Virus genome (UHGV): UHGV-1625515
Direction: 5' to 3' (one strand)
From: a virus
DNA: 10,511 nucleotides
Of the stretch, positions 1 to 10,404 are shown one piece after another (position 1 is the first letter of the stretch; every line of letters begins with the position of its first letter). The notes beneath the pieces are model-generated. The model was not told where the DNA came from. It searched no databases and saw only the letters and a program-made list of their open reading frames with translations. The translations under genes were made by a program, and so were the position numbers.

Positions 1-353
1 CGGTTACCCACCACAAGCACGCTGCCGCCACCTTTCAGGGATGAACGCTGCCCCTTTTTACGACGCCTGCGGCGCGAAAGGACAACCCGCGCATTACCCA
101 GCTTGATTACGGGCAAATCCCCCCGGTTAACTTTGATTCTGGCCTGCGGATTTTTGACCGTGGCCCTTTTCAGCCTGGCCCTTTCCTTTACCAGTTTCCG
201 GCGTACCTTTGTCTCACGGGCAACTTGTGACGCCGACTGCGATATCGCGGATGAAGCAACGCGGTTAATGGCCATTGCGGCGGCACCAGGCACCGCCGTT
301 TTGCTGATACGGCTGAGGTTTTCAACGGCCTGCTCAAGACCTTTTATGGCCAT
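1..353 (-). CDS. Z: Tail completion protein gpZ-like, partial: start codon at 353, 3' end runs past the window start
   Basis: Minus-strand translation from the ATG at 351-353 reads MAIKGLEQAVENLS..., matching the lambda gpZ N-terminus as recalled. An AAGGGGGA RBS lies just upstream and the start sits 12 nt after the FII stop, as in lambda. The frame stays open to position 1, which is why the ORF track omits it. Confidence 0.8.
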   Translation of the reverse strand, partial: MAIKGLEQAVENLSRISKTAVPGAAAMAINRVASSAISQSASQVARETKVRRKLVKERARLKRATVKNPQARIKVNRGDLPVIKLGNARVVLSRRRRRKKGQRSSLKGGGSVLVVGN

Positions 354-364
354 ACATCCCCCTT

Positions 365-718
365 TCAGCGGCGACGGTTAACGGCAGGCGGTACGCCCCG
401 TCCAAGCCAGAGATGACAACTTCCGCCATCATCCGGCGAAACCCGATCTACCCAGAAATTTTCCTCACCGATGGTCAGCGTGTCTCCACGCCGCAGCTGC
501 CGCACCTCATCAGTCCGGACAAACAGGGACGGGCTGGAGCCTTCAACGCGCACGCCCTGTCCGGCATAGCTGATATTTTCAGGGTCATCAAAAACACCAC
601 GTATCACCGCACCTGACTGCTCACCGGATGTCATGGTGGCTGACGTTCCCATGTACCCGCGTATCGTTTCATCGGCGCGGGCAATGGCAGCATCGAACAG
701 GTTATCGAAATCAGCCAC
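365..718 (-). CDS. FII: Head-tail joining protein gpFII (117 aa)
   Basis: The 117-aa ORF begins MADFDNLFDAAIARADETIRGYMG and ends ...LGRGVPPAVNRRR, matching recalled lambda FII in length and sequence. It sits in the lambda position between FI and Z. Confidence 0.92.
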   Translation of the reverse strand: MADFDNLFDAAIARADETIRGYMGTSATMTSGEQSGAVIRGVFDDPENISYAGQGVRVEGSSPSLFVRTDEVRQLRRGDTLTIGEENFWVDRVSPDDGGSCHLWLGRGVPPAVNRRR

Positions 719-729
719 AGCGCCTCCCG

Positions 730-1128
730 TTATTGCATTCTGGCCAGGCCGCGCTCTGTCATTTCGGCTGCCACACCGGCAGAGACACGAAACGCCGTTC
801 CCGGCAGCACAAATGCCACAGGTTCATCCCGCGTGGCGTGAAGTGCATCAGTATGCAGCTTCACCAGTGCCACGACCGTGACCAGTTCAGACGTATCCAG
901 AATCACGGTATCCGGCTGCGCTGATCCCACCTCATTTTCATGTCCGGTCAGCACATTTTCCCGGCTGAGAGGGGTGTCCTGACCGGCAGTTTCATCCGTG
1001 TCATCAAGCTCCTCTTCCAGCTCTGCCACACGGAGCGCCAGTTCTTCTTTCGTCCCCGTCAGGCTGACATCACGGTTCAGTTGTTCACCCAGCGAGCGGA
1101 GACGGGCAATCAGTTCATCTTTCGTCAT
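730..1128 (-). CDS. FI: DNA-packaging/head assembly protein gpFI (132 aa)
   Basis: The track ORF (145 aa) contains an internal start MTKDELIARLRSLGEQL that gives the 132-aa lambda FI length. A strong GGAGGAG RBS sits about 5 nt upstream of the ATG at 1128. Sequence matches recalled lambda FI. Confidence 0.9.
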   Translation of the reverse strand: MTKDELIARLRSLGEQLNRDVSLTGTKEELALRVAELEEELDDTDETAGQDTPLSRENVLTGHENEVGSAQPDTVILDTSELVTVVALVKLHTDALHATRDEPVAFVLPGTAFRVSAGVAAEMTERGLARMQ

Positions 1129-1140
1129 GGACTCCTCCAC

Positions 1141-1167
1141 AGAGAAACAATGGCCCCGAAGGGCCAT
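1141..1167 (-). terminator. Perfect 7-bp GC-rich hairpin with a UUCG tetraloop in the E-FI intergenic region, followed by a U-rich tract on the mRNA; likely partial terminator or mRNA-stabilising structure
   Basis: Plus strand ATGGCCC-CGAA-GGGCCAT (about 1150-1167). On the minus-strand mRNA this is a stem with a UUCG loop followed by UGUUUCUCU, then the FI RBS. Confidence 0.4.
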
Positions 1168-1169
1168 GA

Positions 1170-2195
1170 TTACGCCAGTTGTACGGACACGAACTCATCA
1201 GGGTCAGCCAGCAGCATCAGCGGTGCTGACTGAATCATGGTGAACTCACGCGCCGGATCGCCGGTGGTCACCCAGTTTTTCGGGTAACGGGCAGAGGCGT
1301 TAATGCCTTCGCGCTGTGCGTCCGCATCCTGAATGCAGCCATAGGTGCGCAGACCGCGTGCCTGAGTGTTCCCCAGCACCATCGTGTTGTCCGGCAGGAA
1401 GTTCTTTTTGACGTCGTTTTCCACGTACTGTCCGGAATACACGACGATGGCTACATCGCCATACATCCCCTTATAGGACACCGCTTTGCCCAGGTCTTTC
1501 ACCGCTGTCTCCAGCTCGGAATTAGAGCCACGACGGGTATCCAGCTTCTCCTTGACGGCTTTGAAGGAACGGAACAGCGCCCAGCCTTTCGGATCGAACA
1601 CGATGATATTCACCACACCGCTGGCGTTCAGCGCGTAGGCTTCGATATCGTCGGTCGGGTCATACGTGGACTTGTCACGCTTGCTCCACTCCGTGCCGCC
1701 GGACTGCGTGATGTTATTCTCCTCACTGCGGCCCATATCCACCTCAACCGGATCGAAGGCTTCACCGGTCATGGTGTATTTGCCCTTAAGCACGGCAGAA
1801 ACTGCCTGCATCTCTTCGACCTGAGCAATGGCCAGCTCTTCGTCACGCATGTTCTGCATGATGATGCGACGGCGGCGGTAAGCCGGGTCCGCCAGATTCT
1901 GCGGATCTTCATCCGGCAGGCGACGCAGGGTCATCTGCGGATTCACTTCATGCTTCGGCTTGACATATCCCGGCGTAAATTCAGAGGTGGAGCCGCCACG
2001 GGAACGGATAACCTCACCGGAAACAATCGGCGAAACGTACAGCGCCATGTTTACCAGTCCCGGAATTTGTGAGAGATAGACTTTCTCCGTGGTGAAGGGA
2101 TAGCTCTCACGGAAAAAGAGACGCAGAAACAGCGGATCAAACTTAAATTTCTGCTCATTTGCCGCCAGCAGCTGGGCGGTTGTGTACATCGACAT
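1170..2195 (-). CDS. E: Major capsid protein gpE (341 aa, HK97-fold lambda type)
   Basis: The track ORF (350 aa) contains the start MSMYTTAQLLAANEQKFKFDPLF..., which gives 341 aa as in lambda gpE. The C-terminus ...MLLADPDEFVSVQLA matches recalled lambda E. Confidence 0.95.
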   Translation of the reverse strand: MSMYTTAQLLAANEQKFKFDPLFLRLFFRESYPFTTEKVYLSQIPGLVNMALYVSPIVSGEVIRSRGGSTSEFTPGYVKPKHEVNPQMTLRRLPDEDPQNLADPAYRRRRIIMQNMRDEELAIAQVEEMQAVSAVLKGKYTMTGEAFDPVEVDMGRSEENNITQSGGTEWSKRDKSTYDPTDDIEAYALNASGVVNIIVFDPKGWALFRSFKAVKEKLDTRRGSNSELETAVKDLGKAVSYKGMYGDVAIVVYSGQYVENDVKKNFLPDNTMVLGNTQARGLRTYGCIQDADAQREGINASARYPKNWVTTGDPAREFTMIQSAPLMLLADPDEFVSVQLA

Positions 2196-2208
2196 AAAAA
2201 AATCCCGT

Positions 2209-2230
2209 AAAAAAAGCCGCACAGGCGGCC
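2209..2230 (-). terminator. Terminator-like hairpin (GCCGC-CUGU-GCGGC plus U7) in the D-E intergenic region
   Basis: Plus strand AAAAAAAGCCGCACAGGCGGC. On the minus-strand mRNA a 5-bp GC stem is followed by seven U, located between the D stop (2251) and the E start (2195). Confidence 0.4.
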
Positions 2231-2250
2231 TTTAGTGATGAAGGGTAAAG

Positions 2251-2583
2251 TTAAACGATGCTGATTGCCGTTCCGGCAAACGCGGTCCGTTTTTTCGTCT
2301 CGTCGCTGGCAGCCTCCGGCCAGAGCACATCCTCATAACGGAACGTGCCGGACTTGTAGAACGTCAGCGTGGTGCTGGTCTGGTCAGCAGCAACCGCAAG
2401 AATGCCAACGGCAGCACCGTCGGTGGTGCCATCCCACGCAACCAGCTTACGGCTGGAGGTGTCCAGCATCAGCGGGGTCATTGCAGGCGCTTTCGCACTC
2501 AATCCGCCGGGCGCGGTTGCGGTATGAGCCGGGTCACTGTTGCCCAGCGGCTGGTAATGGGTAAAGGTTTCTTTGCTCGTCAT
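2251..2583 (-). CDS. D: Head decoration protein gpD (110 aa)
   Basis: The track ORF (112 aa) contains [27 protein letters not shown]..., giving 110 aa. Near-identical to recalled lambda gpD and 9 nt downstream of the C stop, as in lambda. Confidence 0.93.
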   Translation of the reverse strand: MTSKETFTHYQPLGNSDPAHTATAPGGLSAKAPAMTPLMLDTSSRKLVAWDGTTDGAAVGILAVAADQTSTTLTFYKSGTFRYEDVLWPEAASDETKKRTAFAGTAISIV

Positions 2584-2592
2584 AAACATCCC

Positions 2593-3198
2593 TTACACTG
2601 GTGTGTTCAGCAAATCGTTAACGGCATCAGATGCCGGGTTACCTGCAGCCAGCGGTGCCGGTGCCCCCTGCATCAGACGATCCAGCGCAGTGTCACTGCG
2701 CGCCTGTGCACTCTGTGGTGCTGCGGCCAGAATGCGGCGGGCCGTTTCCACGGTCATACCGGGGGTTTCTGCCAGCACGCGTGCCTGTTCTTCGCGTCCG
2801 TGAGCCTCCTCACAGTTGAGGATCCCCATAATGCGGCTGTTTTCTGCCGCAACCGCTGCGGTGATCTGCGCGTTCACGTCCGGCTGCGCCGCGCTGGCGT
2901 TTTCGCCCTCCGTCGCTGGCACCACGTCAGTAACGTCAGCCTGCGAAGCAGTGGCTGAAACAGTTGTTGATTGAGTCTCTTTGGTCATTCGCCCTCCTGA
3001 GAGACGGGATTTACGTGCATCCAGTGCATCACGCATGACGGTGATCGCATCGGTGCTGTTAACAAGTTCATCAGCCAGTCCGGCATCAATGGCCTCCTGA
3101 CCGCTGTACACTGCAGCCTCGGTATCCAGCACAGCCTGCACGGACAGGCCGGTATATGCCGACACCTTCTGCGCAAACATCTGGCGGGTTGCGTCCAT
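2593..3198 (-). CDS. Nu3: Scaffolding protein Nu3, produced by in-frame internal initiation within C (202 aa)
   Basis: An in-frame ATG at 3196-3198 gives MDATRQMFAQKVSAYTGLSVQ... sharing the C stop. It corresponds to the position of lambda Nu3 by collinearity. Established for lambda; inferred here. Confidence 0.55.
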   Translation of the reverse strand: MDATRQMFAQKVSAYTGLSVQAVLDTEAAVYSGQEAIDAGLADELVNSTDAITVMRDALDARKSRLSGGRMTKETQSTTVSATASQADVTDVVPATEGENASAAQPDVNAQITAAVAAENSRIMGILNCEEAHGREEQARVLAETPGMTVETARRILAAAPQSAQARSDTALDRLMQGAPAPLAAGNPASDAVNDLLNTPV

Positions 3199-3892
3199 CC
3201 GGGACTGCAGTGTCTCCCGGACGTCATCCGGAAGATGGCTGTAGGGGTTGCCATCCACCTTATGGCTGCCGCTGTAAATCAGAGTGATTTCCACACCCTG
3301 TTTCTCCAGCGCAGCACCGTAATTACTGTGAGCCATCATGACGCCGATGGAGCCTGTCCGGGCGGTCTGCGTGACCAGACGCCGGGAGGCGGCACTGGCA
3401 AGCAGCTGACCTGCACTGCAGTTCATGTCGTTGGCCAGCGCCCATACCGGTTTTATGTCACGCACACGGGCGATGATGTCAGCGCAGTCAAATGCCCCCG
3501 CCACCATCCCGCCGGGCGTGTCCATATCGAGCAGAATGCCGTCCACCATCGGATCGCTGGCAGCCTGTTGCAGACGGGCGATAATGCCGTTGTAACCGGT
3601 CATTCCCGAATACGGCTGCAGCGCCCGCGTCCGGCTGACCAGCGTACCGGACACCGGCAGCACGGCGATGCCGTTCATGACCTGATAACTGCGGGCCTGT
3701 CGTGGTCCGTCATCATCACCGGATAACGCCAGCGCCGCGGGTGCCTCTCCGGCAGTCAGGCTGTCGCCGGATACTGCATCCGTCAGGCGGCTGATCCCAA
3801 GCTGGCCTGCAAGCGCACAAAAGAAAACCCGCGCATAGGCGGGTTCAAGCATCAGCGGCTCATTAAAAGCCATGCTGGCAATATGCGGGAGA

Positions 3893-3912
<20 letters not shown>
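2593..3912 (-). CDS. C: Head maturation protease/scaffold gpC (439 aa, S49/ClpP-like serine peptidase family)
   Basis: The track ORF (484 aa) is over-extended into B. By my hand count the GTG at 3912 gives VTAALRNLPHIASMAFNEPLMLEPAYARVFF... and the 439-aa lambda gpC length. It overlaps the B 3' end by 20 nt, as in lambda. Confidence 0.9.
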
Positions 3913-7593
<3,681 letters not shown>

Positions 7594-7619
<26 letters not shown>

Positions 7620-8139
7620 TCAGCAACCCCGGTATCAGTTCATCCAGCGCGGCTGCTTTGTTCATGGCTTTGATGATATCCCGTTTCAGGAAATCAACAT
7701 GTCGGTTTTCCAGTTCCGGAAAACGCCGCTGCACCGACAGGGGGATCCCGTCGAGAATACTGGCAATTTCACCTGCGATCCGCGACAGCACGAAAGTACA
7801 GAATGCGGTTTCCACCACTTCAGCGGAGTCTCTGGCATTTTTCAGCTCCTGTGCGTCGGCCTGCGCACGCGTAAGTCGATGGCGTTCGTACTCAATAGTC
7901 CCTGGCTGGAGATCTGTCTCGCTAGCCTGCCGCAGTTCTTCAACTTCCCGGCGCAGCTTTTCGTTCTCAATTTCAGCATCCCTTTCGGCATACCATTTTA
8001 TGACGGCGGCAGAGTCATAAAGCACCTCATTACCCTTGCCACCGCCTCGCAGAACGGGCATTCCCTGTTCCTGCCAGTTCTGAATGGTACGGATACTCGC
8101 ACCGAAAATGTCAGCCAGCTGCTTTTTGTTGACTTCCAT
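7594..8139 (-). CDS. Nu1: Terminase small subunit gpNu1 (181 aa; cosB-binding wHTH)
   Basis: The 181-aa ORF MEVNKKQLADIFGASIRTIQNWQEQGMPVLRGGGKGNEVLYDSAAVIKWYAERDAEIENEKLRREVEEL... is essentially identical to recalled lambda Nu1. The start lies about 190 nt from cosN, as in lambda. Confidence 0.95.
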
Positions 8140-8164
8140 TGTTCATTCCACGGACAAAAACAGA

Positions 8165-8278
8165 GAAAGGAAACGACAGAGGCCAAAAAGCTCGCTTTCA
8201 GCACCTGTCGTTTCCTTTCTTTTCAGAGGGTATTTTAAATAAAAACATTAAGTTATGACGAAGAAGAACGGAAACGCC
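8165..8278. promoter_or_regulatory. cosB: cosB: terminase (gpNu1) binding elements R1 (about 8165-8179), R2 (about 8205-8219), R3 (about 8263-8278), with an AT-rich stretch between R3 and R2 consistent with the IHF site I1
   Basis: GAAAGGAAACGACAG (8165-8179) and CTGTCGTTTCCTTTC (8205-8219) form a perfect 15-bp inverted repeat. GAAGAACGGAAACGCC (8263-8278) shares the GGAAACG core. Sequences and spacing match the lambda cosB R elements as I recall them. Confidence 0.75.
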
Positions 8279-8316
8279 TTAAACCGGAAAATTTTCATAA
8301 ATAGCGAAAACCCGCG

Positions 8317-8328
8317 AGGTCGCCGCCC
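8317..8328. other. cosN: cosN: 12-nt cohesive-end site (reverse complement of lambda GGGCGGCGACCT), the terminase nicking site. cosQ is expected within about 10-40 bp on the Rz side (about 8335-8365)
   Basis: Plus strand AGGTCGCCGCCC is flanked on one side by CGCGGG..., the reverse complement of the recalled lambda left end, and on the other by CGTAACCTGTCGGATCGCC, the reverse complement of the recalled lambda right end ...GGCGATCCGACAGGTTACG. Confidence 0.8.
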
Positions 8329-8695
8329 CGTAACCTGTCGGATCGCCGGAAAGGACCCGAGAAAATGATAATGATTATCAGTTGCAACAAAATCCAGTTT
8401 CTTCCACCATCGCACCGGACGAGCGACCATGAGGGGACAACGCCACGCTCCGTTAACGCGGTAAACCCCGGTGTGTATCGTTTTTGATTATCCCCGCACA
8501 CTCGCGCAGAGGAGTCTCCCGGTAGGGCTGCGGTCTCTGTTCATGTGGGAATACGGCGACGATACTGCGCAAAGACATGCTTCAGAAATACATAAGTAAA
8601 CTAAAATATTGTATCTCTGTGGCTAATTACGTAAATTGGTGGCTTGGCCCCTTTAGCCACCGGCAAATCTTCAGCGGATTATCCTTGGCCGGTTT

Positions 8696-9169
8696 TTATC
8701 TGAGGCATTGCTCACGAATGTATAGCTGTGCCCCTTCCAGCTGCTTCTGCATTGTCATCAACCGTTCTCTGAGGATGAAATAATCCCGTTCAGCGGTGTC
8801 TGCCAGTCGGGGGCCGGTTGCATTATCCACGCGGGCGGTGCCGGTGGCTTCACGCACGGGACCTGGACAGGTGGCGTTGATACGCAGGCGCTTACGACCA
8901 GCGGCAACATCAGCACGCAGAGTTTCATTTTCAGCTCTCGCATCGGCTAATTCCCTCGAGTATTTTGCATCGAGCGCAGCAACATCGCGCTGGCGCACCT
9001 GCATATCAGTAATGGTGGCGTTTGCCAGCTCCAGCTCTCTGGCTTTTTTATCGCGCTGCGCTTTGTAGGTGATGGCGTTATCGCGGTAATGGTCTGTTGC
9101 CATCCACAGCGCTCCACAGGCCACCAGCAGAATAACGATAAACGCGGAAAGCATTCGGTTTATGTTCAC
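8696..9169 (-). CDS. Rz: Rz-type inner-membrane spanin (i-spanin). Start uncertain: GTG at 9169 or ATG at 9154
   Basis: The ORF has an N-terminal TM segment ([16 protein letters not shown]), then [15 protein letters not shown] and a coiled-coil-like periplasmic domain ending ...[22 protein letters not shown]. It is clearly homologous to lambda Rz but diverged (roughly two-thirds identical by eye). Confidence 0.85.
   Translation of the reverse strand: MNINRMLSAFIVILLVACGALWMATDHYRDNAITYKAQRDKKARELELANATITDMQVRQRDVAALDAKYSRELADARAENETLRADVAAGRKRLRINATCPGPVREATGTARVDNATGPRLADTAERDYFILRERLMTMQKQLEGAQLYIREQCLR
8758..8943 (-). CDS. Rz1: Rz1 outer-membrane lipoprotein spanin (o-spanin), fully embedded in the +1 frame of Rz
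   Basis: The 61-aa [64 protein letters not shown] has a lipoprotein signal with a lipobox Cys and a proline-rich mature region. It closely resembles recalled lambda Rz1 (MLKLKMMLCVMMLPLVVVGC...). Confidence 0.8.
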   Translation of the reverse strand: MRELKMKLCVLMLPLVVSACVSTPPVQVPCVKPPAPPAWIMQPAPDWQTPLNGIISSSENG

Positions 9170-9297
9170 CCCAGCAGCCCCGACGAAGACAACATCATCC
9201 AGGCCATGGAAAGAAAAAGAGCAACCAGCATTAGTGAAAATGAAATGCCGACAATTACACAGAGGATCTTCGCCAGCGTTATGAGTTTGTCTGACAT
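9166..9297 (-). CDS. Hypothetical 43-aa single-pass hydrophobic peptide ([43 protein letters not shown]), function unknown
   Basis: Internal ATG of track ORF 9166..9387, preceded by a strong GGGAGGA Shine-Dalgarno about 6 nt upstream. Its stop overlaps or abuts the Rz start (GTGA-type junction). About 30 consecutive hydrophobic residues. No family recognised by eye. Confidence 0.45.
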   Translation of the reverse strand: MSDKLITLAKILCVIVGISFSLMLVALFLSMAWMMLSSSGLLG

Positions 9298-9311
9298 GCT
9301 TAATCCTCCCT

Positions 9312-9494
9312 TCACGATTTCAACGCAATGACCAGTTTTGCCAGCCCATACAGCATCGGGGACACAGCAACACCGACCGCCACCCACTTAATGGCAAAAG
9401 CCAGTGCTCTGCTGATGTCATCAGTTACAGGCGCTTTCAGTTCAAGGCCGTTTTTCATAGTCAACCTCAACAGAATTCGTTTATACTTCTCCAT
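9312..9494 (-). CDS. Hypothetical 60-aa protein with a basic N-terminus and hydrophobic/amphipathic C-terminal segment ([60 protein letters not shown]). An alternative GTG start at 9527 would give 71 aa
   Basis: ATG at 9494 with an AAGGGAG RBS upstream. Stop lies 2-3 nt before the RBS of the next small ORF, giving an operon-like arrangement. The ORF lies immediately downstream of a hairpin terminator. No recognisable family. Confidence 0.4.
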   Translation of the reverse strand: MEKYKRILLRLTMKNGLELKAPVTDDISRALAFAIKWVAVGVAVSPMLYGLAKLVIALKS

Positions 9495-9527
9495 GTTCTC
9501 CCTTGCCTTATCCAAGGTCAGAAACAC

Positions 9528-9570
9528 AAAACCCCGCTTGCAGCCAACAAACGGGGTTTTTACTTTTATT
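9528..9570. terminator. Bidirectional Rho-independent terminator-like hairpin between the endolysin gene and the small-ORF pair
   Basis: Plus strand CCCCGCTTG-cagccaa-CAAACGGGG gives a 9-bp stem with one mismatch and a 7-nt loop. It is followed by TTTTTACTTTTATT on the plus strand and by TTTTGTGTTTC on the minus strand. Confidence 0.5.
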
Positions 9571-9650
9571 CACTTAGTTTTTGTCAGTTCGCAGGATTTC
9601 GTGTTATCCGTCCGTGTGAGCAAACCGCATTTTTCAGCAAAATATTCTGC

Positions 9651-10184
9651 TTATCTGTCAATTCCCCAGCACGCCAGCGCGCTCTCCTGGTCACGCCGCG
9701 ATACCTGCCCGTAACAGTTATTTGAGCGATTCCGACAGTCCCTGCCGCCGTCATATATCCATCGGCGGATTTCAGCACATGCACCTTTCCGGTCTCCGGC
9801 GTTCAGTTTCCGGTAAAACGTTGAGGTGAAGCATTTCGAAGGCCCGATGTTGTACGGACAGAATGACGCGATGCCCGCTTTCTGCGGTTCAGTCAGTGGC
9901 AATTTGATGTTTTTCTCCACCCATGCCAGCGCCTTATCACGTTCAATGGCATTAACCTGAGCGCATTTTTCCTTCGACAACTTCATGCCCGGGACGACAG
10001 GTTTGCCATCCACCATGATGGCACCACGGCAGATGGTCCAGATCCCCGCACCATCACGGTATGCCGTGGTGTGGTTACCTTCTTTTTCGTCAAGAAACTG
10101 GTCGAGGATTTCAGGCGCAGAAGCACCTGTGGCAATCATCGCCAGAACGGCTACCGATAAACCATAGTGGAGTTTCCTGCTCAT
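9651..10184 (-). CDS. R: SAR (signal-anchor-release) endolysin, T4-lysozyme-like muramidase (GH24), 177 aa
   Basis: N-terminal basic stretch plus a Gly/Ala/Ser-rich weakly hydrophobic segment (MSRKLHYGLSVAVLAMIATGASA), followed by the catalytic E-x8-D-x5-T motif (EGNHTTAYRDGAGIWT). GGGGAGAG RBS overlaps the holin stop, with the ATG 4 nt after it. Confidence 0.88.
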   Translation of the reverse strand: MSRKLHYGLSVAVLAMIATGASAPEILDQFLDEKEGNHTTAYRDGAGIWTICRGAIMVDGKPVVPGMKLSKEKCAQVNAIERDKALAWVEKNIKLPLTEPQKAGIASFCPYNIGPSKCFTSTFYRKLNAGDRKGACAEIRRWIYDGGRDCRNRSNNCYGQVSRRDQESALACWGIDR

Positions 10185-10188
10185 CAGC

Positions 10189-10404
10189 TTACTCTCCCCG
10201 CGCAGCTTTGCGCCGGTCTTCTTTAATCTTGAAATACAGATTCGTCAGGTATGTCAGGAACCCCAGACACAGGCTCCCCAAAACCCCGATAGCAGCCCAC
10301 TGTGACGGAGTAACCTGATCCAACCACTGTAGAAACCAGTAACCCGCACTGCCCGCAGAAGTACCATAGGCTATGCCCGTTGATATTTTTTCCATCTGAT
10401 ACAT
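10189..10404 (-). CDS. S: Phage-21-type class II holin (pinholin), 71 aa, with dual-start motif (Met1 and Met4)
   Basis: [71 protein letters not shown] is near-identical to recalled phage 21 S21 (71 and 68 aa forms). It has two TMDs, the first Gly/Ala/Ser-rich and SAR-like, and a charged C-terminus. Confidence 0.9.
   Translation of the reverse strand: MYQMEKISTGIAYGTSAGSAGYWFLQWLDQVTPSQWAAIGVLGSLCLGFLTYLTNLYFKIKEDRRKAARGE

Noticed and set aside
103-381. Plus-strand 92-aa ORF
   Set aside because: Lies antisense to the gpZ coding sequence, whose minus-strand translation matches lambda Z. No RBS and no recognisable protein features.
2524-3726. Plus-strand ORFs of 144 aa and 163 aa (2524..2958, 3235..3726) and several shorter ones
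   Set aside because: Antisense to gpC/Nu3. Cys/Arg/His-rich low-complexity translations typical of wrong-frame reading.
7658-8238. Plus-strand ORFs of 120 aa and 179 aa
   Set aside because: Antisense to Nu1 and extending across cosB. Nu1 is near-identical to lambda on the minus strand.
8248-8501. Minus-strand ORFs of 60 aa and 68 aa spanning cosN
   Set aside because: They read straight through the cos nicking site and the AT-rich cosB/cosQ DNA. No RBS. Better explained as non-coding packaging signals.
8577-8783. Plus-strand 68-aa ORF between cos and Rz
   Set aside because: Overlaps the Rz 3' end antisense. No RBS. Low-complexity translation.
9564-9650. Possible minus-strand promoter for the small-ORF pair
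   Set aside because: Only weak -35/-10 matches (e.g. CTGACA with a poor -10). Not enough to call. The pair is more likely expressed from the late transcript by read-through.
9089-9714. Plus-strand ORFs 9089..9331 (80 aa) and 9328..9714 (128 aa) in the lysis cassette
   Set aside because: Antisense to Rz, to the two small minus-strand ORFs (which have strong RBSs) and to the endolysin 3' end. The second one reads through the hairpin terminator. Kept only as context for the possible antisense RNA.
9584-9784. Minus-strand 66-aa ORF overlapping the endolysin 3' end, and 10223..10450 overlapping the holin
   Set aside because: Out-of-frame overlaps of well-supported genes. No independent support.
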